From contig JBIPSI010000005.1 of NCBI GenBank assembly GCA_044070495.1, positions 115,565 to 179,564 on the forward strand: a stretch of DNA of 64,000 bases, in the 5' to 3' direction. Source of the stretch: Spirulina sp. Its GTDB lineage: Bacteria; Cyanobacteriota; Cyanobacteriia; Phormidesmidales; Phormidesmidaceae. Shown here piece by piece: positions 56,057 through 64,000 of the stretch (the stretch's first letter is position 1; each line of letters begins with the position of its first letter). The notes under the pieces are model-generated. The model was not told the DNA's origin, searched no databases, and saw only the letters and a program-made list of their open reading frames with translations. The position numbers and the translations under genes are program-made.

Positions 56057-56791
56057 CTAGGAGGCGCTTTCGATCATCGATTCGCCGCTGGCGGGAAGCT
56101 CTAGGCAGTAGCCAGCCCCGTAGACAGTTTTGATGTATTTGGGATGGCGGGGGTCGGGTTCTAGCTTGGTTCGCAGGTGACGAACGTGGACGCGGATGGT
56201 TTCGATGTCGTCGTTGGGTTCGTAACCCCAGACTTCCTGCAAAATTTGGCTGGGGGAGACGGTTTGGCCGTGGCGCTGGAGCAGACAGTGCAGCAGCTCA
56301 AACTCTAGGTGGGTGAGCTTGACGGTCTTATCAAACCAGATGGCTTCGTAGCGCTCTGGAATCAGGGTGAGGGGGCCGTAGTTGAGAATTTCGCTGTGCT
56401 TGGCGGCTTGGGGAATGCGATCCGTGCGTCGCAGTAAGGCCCGTACCCTAGCCAGCATTTCGTCTAGCTCAAAGGGTTTGGTGAGGTAGTCATCGGCCCC
56501 GGCATTGAACCCGTCTACCTTGTCTTGGGTTTGGCTGAGGGCCGTCAGCATCAGCACGGGAATATCGGCGGTGCGACGATCTCGACGGAGCCGTTGGCAC
56601 ACCGTGAGGCCGTCCACCTTGGGCAGCATGAGGTCGAGCATGATCAGGTCGGGCATGAGCTGCACGGCCAACGCCTGCCCCTTCACACCGTCACCAGCTT
56701 GATTCACATCATAGCCAGCCATTTCCAGGTTGACAGAGACTAGTTCTGCAATGGCGGGATCATCATCGATGACGAGTATACGAGGCATCAT
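56057..56791 (-). CDS. rpaA: OmpR-family response regulator RpaA (circadian output)
   Basis: [67 protein letters not shown]. Confidence 0.93.
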   Translation of the reverse strand: MMPRILVIDDDPAIAELVSVNLEMAGYDVNQAGDGVKGQALAVQLMPDLIMLDLMLPKVDGLTVCQRLRRDRRTADIPVLMLTALSQTQDKVDGFNAGADDYLTKPFELDEMLARVRALLRRTDRIPQAAKHSEILNYGPLTLIPERYEAIWFDKTVKLTHLEFELLHCLLQRHGQTVSPSQILQEVWGYEPNDDIETIRVHVRHLRTKLEPDPRHPKYIKTVYGAGYCLELPASGESMIESAS

Positions 56792-57075
56792 GTATCAAGG
56801 GTAACGACTGGCCGACCACATCACTGGGACGAGGAACTCCGTTGGCTGAGCGCAATGCCGAGGGCCAAGTTTGAGATGACTAGCCATAAAGCCTATCATC
56901 TCTTTGTAAAGAGCAATGTCGGAATAATACAATTTCTAGATAAATTATAAGCAACGCCCCTACTTTTCTTAAGGTAACGGTACAAAAGGCCGTCACGGGC
57001 GTAGGCAACCGTTGGGGGATCCCCCCCGCCCCCCTTGGAAAGGGAGGCTGAGTCCGCCTCAAAGTCCCCCAAGCT

Positions 57076-58137
57076 TTGGATACGCCCACCACGTTGATGG
57101 CGGCCTCGCTGGTGGCTGCTGTATGCTTCCCTGCCCCCATGGTCTGCTGCCCCCAGGATTGTCCTTCATCCTCCGATCTGGCCCTAGACCTATCGGTTGT
57201 GGTGCCTGTATACAACGAAGTGGAGAGTCTGCTGCCCTTAATCCAGGCGTTGAATGCGGTGTTGGATGAGGTGGGAGTAGTATCGGAAATTCTCTGCGTG
57301 GATGACGGATCCACCGATGGCACGGGGGACGGGCTGCGGCGACTGGTGCGGCAATATCCTCGACTGCGGGCGATTGTGCTGCGGCGCAACTATGGCCAAA
57401 CCGCCGCCCTCGCCGCTGGGTTTGATGCGGCCCAAGGCCAGATTATCGTCACCATGGACGGCGATCTTCAGAACGATCCGGCGGATATTCCTCGGCTACT
57501 GGCGCGGCTGAACGAGGGCTACGACTTGGTGAGCGGCTGGCGGCGGGATCGTCAGGATCACGCCCTGACCCGATTGCTACCCTCCCTGGTGGCCAACTGG
57601 ATCATCGCCAGGGTAACGGGGGTGCCCATCCACGACTACGGCTGTACCCTGAAGGCCTACCGAGCCGAGGTGATCCGCGATCTCAACCTCTACGGTGAAC
57701 TGCATCGGTTTTTGCCCGCCCTCGCCATGATTGAGGGGGCGCGAATTACAGAAATCCCCGTTAATCATCGCCGTCGTTCCTTTGGCACCAGCAAGTATGG
57801 CCTAGGCCGTACCCAGCGGGTGGTGATGGATTTGCTGACGGTCTACTTTATGAAAACCTTCCTTACCCGGCCCATGCACATCTTTGGCGGGGCGGGGTGT
57901 TTGGCCATGGCGGCAGGGGTGGGGTTGGGGATCTACCTCAGCCTCGTCAAGATTCTGGCGGATCAGGATATTGGGGATCGGCCCCTGCTGGTGCTGGCGG
58001 TGGTGCTGTTTTTGGCAGGCATTCAGTTGTTTAGCCTGGGCCTCTTGGCTGAACTGATGATGCGCACGTACCACGAGTCTCAACAGCGCCCCATCTACCG
58101 CGTTCGGGAGGTCTTGGGGAAAATGGACGAGGACTAG
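57076..58137 (+). CDS. GT2 polyprenol-phosphate glycosyltransferase (ArnC/GtrB-like); start uncertain
   Basis: SVVVPVYNE, VDDGSTD, RNYGQTAA, DGDLQNDP, GELHRF, two C-terminal TM helices. Confidence 0.92.
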   Translation: MDTPTTLMAASLVAAVCFPAPMVCCPQDCPSSSDLALDLSVVVPVYNEVESLLPLIQALNAVLDEVGVVSEILCVDDGSTDGTGDGLRRLVRQYPRLRAIVLRRNYGQTAALAAGFDAAQGQIIVTMDGDLQNDPADIPRLLARLNEGYDLVSGWRRDRQDHALTRLLPSLVANWIIARVTGVPIHDYGCTLKAYRAEVIRDLNLYGELHRFLPALAMIEGARITEIPVNHRRRSFGTSKYGLGRTQRVVMDLLTVYFMKTFLTRPMHIFGGAGCLAMAAGVGLGIYLSLVKILADQDIGDRPLLVLAVVLFLAGIQLFSLGLLAELMMRTYHESQQRPIYRVREVLGKMDED

Positions 58138-58238
58138 GCGGCGAGGAATAGAAGAGTCTGACACAATACTAAAAAGAACTAGAAAGACCTCTAGTCGCCA
58201 ACGCTTTACCCCTGTCTGATTCATTTCTACTCATTTCT

Positions 58239-59159
58239 ATGGACTTCACTGCCGCTCTGCCTACCTTTGTCATCACCCTGCGCGAAGGGGTGGAAGCCGC
58301 CCTCGTCGTGAGCATTGTGCTGGCCTGCCTCGCCAAGGCTCAACGACAATCCCTCAACCGCTGGGTTTACCTGGGCGTGCTGGCGGGGCTGGTGGGCAGC
58401 GTGATGATTGGGGTGGCGTTAGGATCGGGCCTCCAGCAACTTCAGCAGGTGTTGCCCAGCCTGCAAAGTATTATCAAACCCCTGCTAAATGTGCTGTTTG
58501 GGGCCGTGGCCATCATCATGCTGAGCTGGATGCTGCTGTGGATGACTCGCCAAGCCCGCAGCCTGAAGGGGGAGATCGAAGGCACGGTGCAATCGGCCCT
58601 GCAAGACAGCCAAACCGCTGGATGGAGCCTGTTTAGCCTGGTTTGCATTGCGGTATTGCGCGAGGGCTTTGAAACGGTGCTGTTTGTGTTTACCAACGTG
58701 GAAGCCAGTGCGGCGGCGGCAGCGGGGGCCTTTGCCGGACTGTTGGGGGCGGCCCTGATCGGCCTTGCCCTGTTTCGCTGGGGTGTGCGGATTAACCTGA
58801 AGCAGTTTTTCCAGGTGATGGGCCTGCTGCTGCTGCTGATTGTGGGCGGCCTGGTGGTGTCGGTGTTCAAAAACCTCGATGCCGCCCTAGCTGCCATTAG
58901 CCAACTTGATACCCGAACCATTGACCTCTGTTTTTCCCAAACCTCCTGCGTTCTTGGCCCGTTGATGTGGGACACCAGCGCATTCCTGCCAGAGCGTCAG
59001 TTTCCGGGCATTGTGCTCAAAACCCTGCTGGGCTACCGCGATCACCTCTACCTGGTGCAACTACTGGCCTACGTCGGCTTTTGGATCACCGTTGGCGGCA
59101 GCTATTTCCGCAGCCTCAACCCCATCCCTGCTGGCAAGCCCTCGCCCAGTAATTCCTAG
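58239..59159 (+). CDS. FTR1/EfeU family iron permease
   Basis: Two RExxE motifs (LREGVEA, LREGFET); multiple TM helices. Confidence 0.92.
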   Translation: MDFTAALPTFVITLREGVEAALVVSIVLACLAKAQRQSLNRWVYLGVLAGLVGSVMIGVALGSGLQQLQQVLPSLQSIIKPLLNVLFGAVAIIMLSWMLLWMTRQARSLKGEIEGTVQSALQDSQTAGWSLFSLVCIAVLREGFETVLFVFTNVEASAAAAAGAFAGLLGAALIGLALFRWGVRINLKQFFQVMGLLLLLIVGGLVVSVFKNLDAALAAISQLDTRTIDLCFSQTSCVLGPLMWDTSAFLPERQFPGIVLKTLLGYRDHLYLVQLLAYVGFWITVGGSYFRSLNPIPAGKPSPSNS

Positions 59160-59163
59160 CCCT

Positions 59164-59361
59164 AACCTCAGTTCGGGTTAAACTGAGCAGCCCTACACCC
59201 TGACAGCCCTCACCCCCAGCCCCTCTCCCACGAGGAGAGGGGAGCTAGAAAAGATCAAAGTCCCTCTCCCTTGGGGAGAGGGATTTAGGGTGAGGGCTAC
59301 AGCGCAAGCTGGACGCAGGTTTCTCGATATTGCAATGTTTGGTTTATCCCGAACTGAGGTT
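59164..59361. mobile_element. MITE-like element with 20-bp terminal inverted repeats enclosing a family A palindrome (59206-59298)
   Basis: Left AACCTCAGTTCGGGTTAAAC versus right GTTTATCCCGAACTGAGGTT (1 mismatch); no ORF. Confidence 0.75.
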
Positions 59362-59389
59362 CACTCGACCTAACCCTAACTTCCCAGCC

Positions 59390-60985
59390 CTACCGTCTGC
59401 TTTGCGCCCATAGATCCGCTAACATCCGCCAGAGAATGGATCCAGCCACCAGCAGCGGCAGCAGCCAGTCTCCCCACCGCACGTAGGGGGTCTGGGTCTG
59501 CCGACGGTCGAGGGTGACGGCCTGGGCCAGGGTAATTTGGGGCTGGCCGAGCCATCGAGTGCGTCCACGATTATCCACCAGGCCCGACAGGCCCGTATTG
59601 GTCACCCGCACCGCCCACCGATCACTCTCCACCGCCCGCAGCACGTCAAAGGCGTGGTGTTGGGCCATCATGCCGGGGGGATAGGGGTCGTTATTGGAGG
59701 CCGTTACGATGAAGCTGGCCCCCTGGCGGGTTTGCTGGCGAAACAGACGGCTATAGGCCGATTCGTAGCAAATCCCTACGGTCGCTAAGCCCAGGCTGGT
59801 CTCAAACCGCTGACCGGGCTGACCGGGCACCAGGTAACTATCTAGGGGCGACAACCGCTGGATAATCCGCCCCAGCACCGGCTCAAAGGGGATGTATTCT
59901 CCCAGGGGCACCAGTTGCACCTTGTTGTAGCGAGCGTGGTAGCGGGCGCTGCGAGGATCATTGAGTCCTGCTACATCGGGACGCAGTTCTAACAGGCTTT
60001 GGGTATAGTGACGGGGCTCTCCCTCCACCGGGGCAAAGGTGCCTAGCCACAGCGGCACGCCCGTTTGATCGACCGTCCGCATCACCGCCGCCACTAGCGG
60101 ATCGCCCGGTCGCCAAATCACAGGCAAGGCTCCTTCTGGGGTAATCACCGCATCGACCCCCTGGCTGGCTAGGGCTTGGTAGCCCTCGGTGTAGGCGGTT
60201 ATGGCTTGGCGAATGCCCGCCGGGGTGAGTTTTTCGCGGGTCGGCACGTTGCCCTGTACCAGCCCCAAAGTCAAGGATTGATCGGAGTCAGATACCGTTG
60301 ACGACGCAGACCGGGCATCGCTTACCCAGCCTAGCCCGTGGCTGAGAATCACGACTCCCAACCCTAGCCCCAGAAGCCCCCGCTTACCCCATCGGACATT
60401 GCGGGGCTGGAGGGCTTCGGCCCAAAGCCCATTGGCCAAAACGATCAAAGCCGTTAGGACGGTCGGCCCAGAGAGCCGCACCCAGGGCAAGATCGCTAAA
60501 TTGTGGGGGCTTTGGGTGAGGCCCAGGGGCGACCAATCCAGGGGGCTATGGTTGCGCAGGGTTTCGAGCAAACACCAGAGGGCTGTAGACGCCAAAATCC
60601 TCCACAGGGTCGCCTGGGGCCAGCGCATCATCCACCGCAGCCCCGCCCCCCAGATCGCCACACAAACGGATCCCCATAGGGTGATCACCCCCCAGGCCCC
60701 CAGGGCAATGGCGATGCTACCCACCCACGGCACCCCCAGCCACATGAGGGGGTGGAGGTGAGTGATCCAGACCAAGGAAATTCCGTAGTACACCAAGCCC
60801 CACCAGAGGCCATAGCCCGCCGCCGCCCAGGGATTTGCAGCCCCCTGCACCACCCGCCACAGGGGCACCAGCGCCACCCAGGCCAAGGGCCATAGACTGA
60901 GGGGAGGCAGCGCCAGGGCCATCATCACCCCACTCAGCGCCACCCAACCGAGGTTTTTCCAGGGCCAACGGTGTAAGCGCGTCAT
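59390..60985 (-). CDS. lnt: Apolipoprotein N-acyltransferase (start uncertain)
   Basis: TM-rich N-terminus, VQGN, PEG, YNKVQLVPLGEYIP, ICYES, RAVE, TNTG. Confidence 0.93.
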   Translation of the reverse strand: MTRLHRWPWKNLGWVALSGVMMALALPPLSLWPLAWVALVPLWRVVQGAANPWAAAGYGLWWGLVYYGISLVWITHLHPLMWLGVPWVGSIAIALGAWGVITLWGSVCVAIWGAGLRWMMRWPQATLWRILASTALWCLLETLRNHSPLDWSPLGLTQSPHNLAILPWVRLSGPTVLTALIVLANGLWAEALQPRNVRWGKRGLLGLGLGVVILSHGLGWVSDARSASSTVSDSDQSLTLGLVQGNVPTREKLTPAGIRQAITAYTEGYQALASQGVDAVITPEGALPVIWRPGDPLVAAVMRTVDQTGVPLWLGTFAPVEGEPRHYTQSLLELRPDVAGLNDPRSARYHARYNKVQLVPLGEYIPFEPVLGRIIQRLSPLDSYLVPGQPGQRFETSLGLATVGICYESAYSRLFRQQTRQGASFIVTASNNDPYPPGMMAQHHAFDVLRAVESDRWAVRVTNTGLSGLVDNRGRTRWLGQPQITLAQAVTLDRRQTQTPYVRWGDWLLPLLVAGSILWRMLADLWAQSRR

Positions 60986-61227
60986 CGGAGAAAGGGGCCA
61001 GGTCAGCGTCCTAGGGGTGGATGGGGTAGGGGTTGAACGCACGGCAAACGGTTTCAAAATTCAAACATCCTAGAACGCCAATGCCATAGATCCCAGGGTT
61101 CTGCACCCCCATAACGATGCGTGCCCCCTAGCCAAGGTGGAACCCTGGGATTTTAGCCCACGGTACCGCCGCTTTAGCCCACCGCAACGAACAGACCACC
61201 GCAACCACCCACAAAAATTCACCTACA

Positions 61228-61405
61228 AAAATTCCCCCGCCGACCAAAATCAACGGAGGAATTTTGAAAGGGTCTACCGCAACGCCGTCTTACCTCAGCC
61301 TTCGACCTGGACGAACCAGGTGGGTGCCTTGGCGTCAAGCTTAAAGTTTCCAGGTACAGGCCTGGTCTACTGCCGCCGACACAGCTCAGCTCCCGTTGAG
61401 AAGAA
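61228..61405 (-). ncRNA. ssrS: 6S RNA (cyanobacterial ssaA); ends approximate
   Basis: Minus strand starts TCAACGGGAG and closes with CTCCGTTGA; internal CTGTACCTGGAAACTTTAAG and CACCTGGT segments as recalled for cyanobacterial 6S; TACGAT -10 upstream; T-run at the 3' end; ~180 nt. Confidence 0.8.
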
Positions 61406-61544
61406 ATATAGATCGTAAAACATTGTTGGTAGTCACCAACGCCGTAGTAGACCCTGGCATCATTGTACCGAACCACATCGCTTTCGGGAATGGTTTTGCC
61501 ATGGATTCCCGCTCGCCCCTTGCCTCCGCTGGCCCAAGGATGCC

Positions 61545-61571
61545 AAAAAAAGGGAGCCTTAGAGACTCCCT
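61545..61571 (-). terminator. Rho-independent terminator of the DUF3155 gene
   Basis: Minus strand AGGGAGTC-TCTAA-GGCTCCCT-TTTTTT. Confidence 0.75.
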
Positions 61572-61608
61572 CGATTGGGGCGAACCCCTGTCATAGTGAT
61601 GGTTCTAT

Positions 61609-61926
61609 CTAGCGAGCCGCCGTACCTACTGAAGCGTCCTCTTCCTCGCCGAGCAACGCCCGTAGACTGGGGAACAGAAAATGATTTTCTTCAACGTACT
61701 GCGCTCCGAAGAGACCCTTCTCAGCCCAGAAGTATCGATCAGTGGTATGCTCATTCCGCTTTACGAGGAGCAGTGCCGGGGGAGCAATGCCTTCGGAGTG
61801 AATGAAATTCCGGGCCGCAGTGACCGGTTTTTCATTCCCGCTCTCGATACTATACTGAGGAACAGCCTCTAAAATGCGACGGCCTTCCAATCGACGACGG
61901 CTTTTACGCTTGCGTCTCCTTGCCAA
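61609..61926 (-). CDS. DUF3155-like conserved cyanobacterial protein
   Basis: ARRRKRKSRRR.EGRRILE.VPQY, KPVTAAR, RNEHTTDRYFW.EKGLFGAQY.EENHFLFPSL. Confidence 0.85.
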   Translation of the reverse strand: MARRRKRKSRRRLEGRRILEAVPQYSIESGNEKPVTAARNFIHSEGIAPPALLLVKRNEHTTDRYFWAEKGLFGAQYVEENHFLFPSLRALLGEEEDASVGTAAR

Positions 61927-61958
61927 GTTTCCTACCTCCCTCTCTGTAGCTATTTGGA

Positions 61959-61974
61959 TGTAGTTTTGATTACA
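61959..61974. promoter_or_regulatory. Candidate NtcA binding site
   Basis: TGTA-gttttgat-TACA matches the TGTA-N8-TACA consensus. Confidence 0.55.
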
Positions 61975-62171
61975 AATTGTTGAACCAGGCCAAGTATATA
62001 GGCTAAAAATGAGAATTTCAACTTCTCTTAAAAATTCAGCCTGCGATGCCGTAACCCTTATATGGTAAAGGCTTAGGGCGTAAATCCCCAGATCATCCTT
62101 GAACAGAACTGTTAAAGATTTGACAAAACTTTAATTTTTCTCTCGTCATACTCTTCCGTTGGGTCGAAATT

Positions 62172-63680
62172 ATGGCTGTTGCCAGCGCTGAGTTCATTGC
62201 CCTCTGCCAGTCGCAGGTTGTGCTGCTGACCCAGTCCCTAGGGGCAAGCTCGACAGCGATCTATCTGGCGGAAAAGGTGGATGACGGTGCGGAACTGTCG
62301 TTGGTGCCCCTCGTGGCTTACCCCAAACTGGAGAACCCTTGGGCAGATTGGCCAGAATCCCTGACGATGATGACGTACCCTGGAGCTGTGGCCATTGGCG
62401 ACGAAACGGCGACCCGTACGGCGACGGGGAACGTAGATCGCTGGCCCCCGGATCAGAACACCACAGCCCAGTCCTCCCCTTGGGTAGATATCGAAGCCGG
62501 TAAAGTTCAGGGCTTTCCGTCTCCCGCCCATCCAGGATCTCCGGTTCCCCTCACCGATGCCCCGCCGGACGCTAAGGCAACGCCTCCCCTGGTGCTGCCG
62601 CTGGTGCATGAAGGGGTGGCCCTTGGTATGTTAGTCAGCCATCGAACCCAGCCCTCCTGGGGGCGAGAAGATCGCCAGCAGGCCGAGCAGGTTGCCAGTA
62701 CCCTCGCCCTTGCCTGGATTTTGGATCAGCGGGGGCAGTGGCTACAGCAACAGTTCCAGCAGCGCCATCTAGCCCAGTCTTCCCAGTCCGATACGTTTCA
62801 TGATTTGCTACACCAGTTTCGCAATCCGCTGACGGCCCTGCAAACCTTTGGCCGCCTGTTGGTGAAGCGCATCCCCGATGGCGACCCCAACCAGCCCATT
62901 GCCGAGGGCATTGTGCGGGAAAGTCGGCGGTTGCAAGACCTCGCCCAAACCTTTGATGATGCCCTAGCCCAGGGCGATGAAGCCCTCCAATCCGAAGGCT
63001 ACGCGGCCCCTTGGCGGCAAGATGCCCTGCCGCCAGCCCTCACCCAAGGGAGCCTTCTGCTACCAACGACCGCAGGCGCAACCCAGCCCGATCCCAGCCC
63101 AGGATCCTCTGAGCCGTCGCGGGTAGCCCACCCCTGGGGACGCCCCCTTCAGCGAGTGCCGGGGGATTGGGTAACCCAGGTCGCCCCACGGCTACAGGCG
63201 GCAGCAGCCATCGCCCAGGATCGTGGGCTACATCTGCTAGACCACCTCCCCCCCGATCTACCAGCGGTATGGATGGATTCAAGCGCTGTGGCAGAGGTGA
63301 TCAGCAATCTGCTAGACAATGCCCTCAAATATGCCCCCGCTGGGGCCGCTGTTTGGGTGGTGGGTGGCCTCAGTCGGGTCATCGATGGGCAGACCTGCCA
63401 AGGGCTGGCGGTGGGGGATACGGGGCAAGGCATTCCCTTGGCCGATCAGGCCCACATTTTTGAACGCCATTTTCGCGGCATTCAGGCCAGCGGCGACATT
63501 CCCGGCACCGGGCTTGGCTTGGCCATTGCCAAGGAACTGATGGAAGCCATGGGAGGAGACTTGGAGATCATCAGCCCCGTCCCCCCAGAGTATCAACGGG
63601 CGCTAGCGGAAATGTTCGACGCAGATGCTACCTACCAAGGGCCAGGGGTTTGTTTTATTGCCTGGCTACCCCAAGCCTAA
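62172..63680 (+). CDS. GAF-domain sensor histidine kinase, Hik2/CSK-like
   Basis: ASAEFIALCQSQ N-terminus; LLHQFRNPLTAL H-box; NLLDNALKY, DTGQGI and GTGLGLAI boxes. Confidence 0.88.
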   Translation: MAVASAEFIALCQSQVVLLTQSLGASSTAIYLAEKVDDGAELSLVPLVAYPKLENPWADWPESLTMMTYPGAVAIGDETATRTATGNVDRWPPDQNTTAQSSPWVDIEAGKVQGFPSPAHPGSPVPLTDAPPDAKATPPLVLPLVHEGVALGMLVSHRTQPSWGREDRQQAEQVASTLALAWILDQRGQWLQQQFQQRHLAQSSQSDTFHDLLHQFRNPLTALQTFGRLLVKRIPDGDPNQPIAEGIVRESRRLQDLAQTFDDALAQGDEALQSEGYAAPWRQDALPPALTQGSLLLPTTAGATQPDPSPGSSEPSRVAHPWGRPLQRVPGDWVTQVAPRLQAAAAIAQDRGLHLLDHLPPDLPAVWMDSSAVAEVISNLLDNALKYAPAGAAVWVVGGLSRVIDGQTCQGLAVGDTGQGIPLADQAHIFERHFRGIQASGDIPGTGLGLAIAKELMEAMGGDLEIISPVPPEYQRALAEMFDADATYQGPGVCFIAWLPQA

Positions 63681-63877
63681 ACCCAGAGAGAATCGCCCCT
63701 TGCTGAAGGCGTTCCGCCCCCGGAGCGATGGGGTAGCCCATGCAATATCTCAATCCACACCAGTGGGAACTCCAAAATCCTTGTCAGATTGACGCTTTTG
63801 GCCTCTTACATTTAGATGGTGATGGCCAAAGGACAGCATTGGACACCAGCAGCTATTTTCTTAGGAAGGATTTAACA

Positions 63878-64000
63878 ATGGTTCAGTGGTTTGAGGAGCG
63901 GCAATTCGAGTCTGAGGCAGAGCGTCAGGCTATTCTCAGTCCTTCACTCACCGAGCCCTTTGGCGTCCCCCGTGATATTGCGCGGATGTTGTTTGATTTT
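63878..64000 (+). CDS. 5' fragment of a probable CDS running off the window
   Basis: AGGA RBS then ATG 63878; frame open to the window end (MVQWFEERQFESEAERQAIL...). Confidence 0.45.
   Translation, partial: MVQWFEERQFESEAERQAILSPSLTEPFGVPRDIARMLFDF

Noticed and set aside
61137..61476. ORFs 61219-61476 (-) and 61137-61418 (+)
   Set aside because: They overlap the predicted 6S RNA; no protein motifs

Overview
A 64-kb chromosomal segment of a GC-rich cyanobacterium (psaE, gvpA, rpaA, plmA, cyanobacterial 6S RNA; the gene content suggests a filamentous Leptolyngbya/Nodosilinea-like organism, which is inference). Housekeeping blocks: the start of a V4R/phycobiliprotein-like operon, psaE-mutM, NAD kinase, plmA, ispG, dcd, rph, glmU, rpaA, lnt, 6S RNA and a Hik2-like kinase. 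Three loci stand out. (1) In the gas-vesicle operon gvpA-C-N-J, both the GvpC-like protein and GvpN end in a mutually similar winged-helix-like domain, and GvpN carries a long acidic EEPVA-repeat linker. (2) An ~18-kb accessory region (14.1-32.4 kb) holds a minus-strand run of secreted hydrolases and small secreted proteins. It is transcribed divergently from an HTH-AAA_35 protein with a degenerate Walker B, across a promoter carrying a repeated CAGTCAGTTA motif, and an AAA_35-PAS-TM-WD40 receptor-like gene lies downstream. (3) A cellulose synthase operon appears to split the BcsC export function into a TPR-only protein and a separate porin-like protein. Intergenic DNA holds several families of palindromic repeats, a MITE-like element, and ~20-24 nt micro-insertions, one in frame inside a WD40 repeat. 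No rRNA, tRNA, CRISPR array or transposase was recognised. All calls come from motif recognition by eye; no database searches were run.
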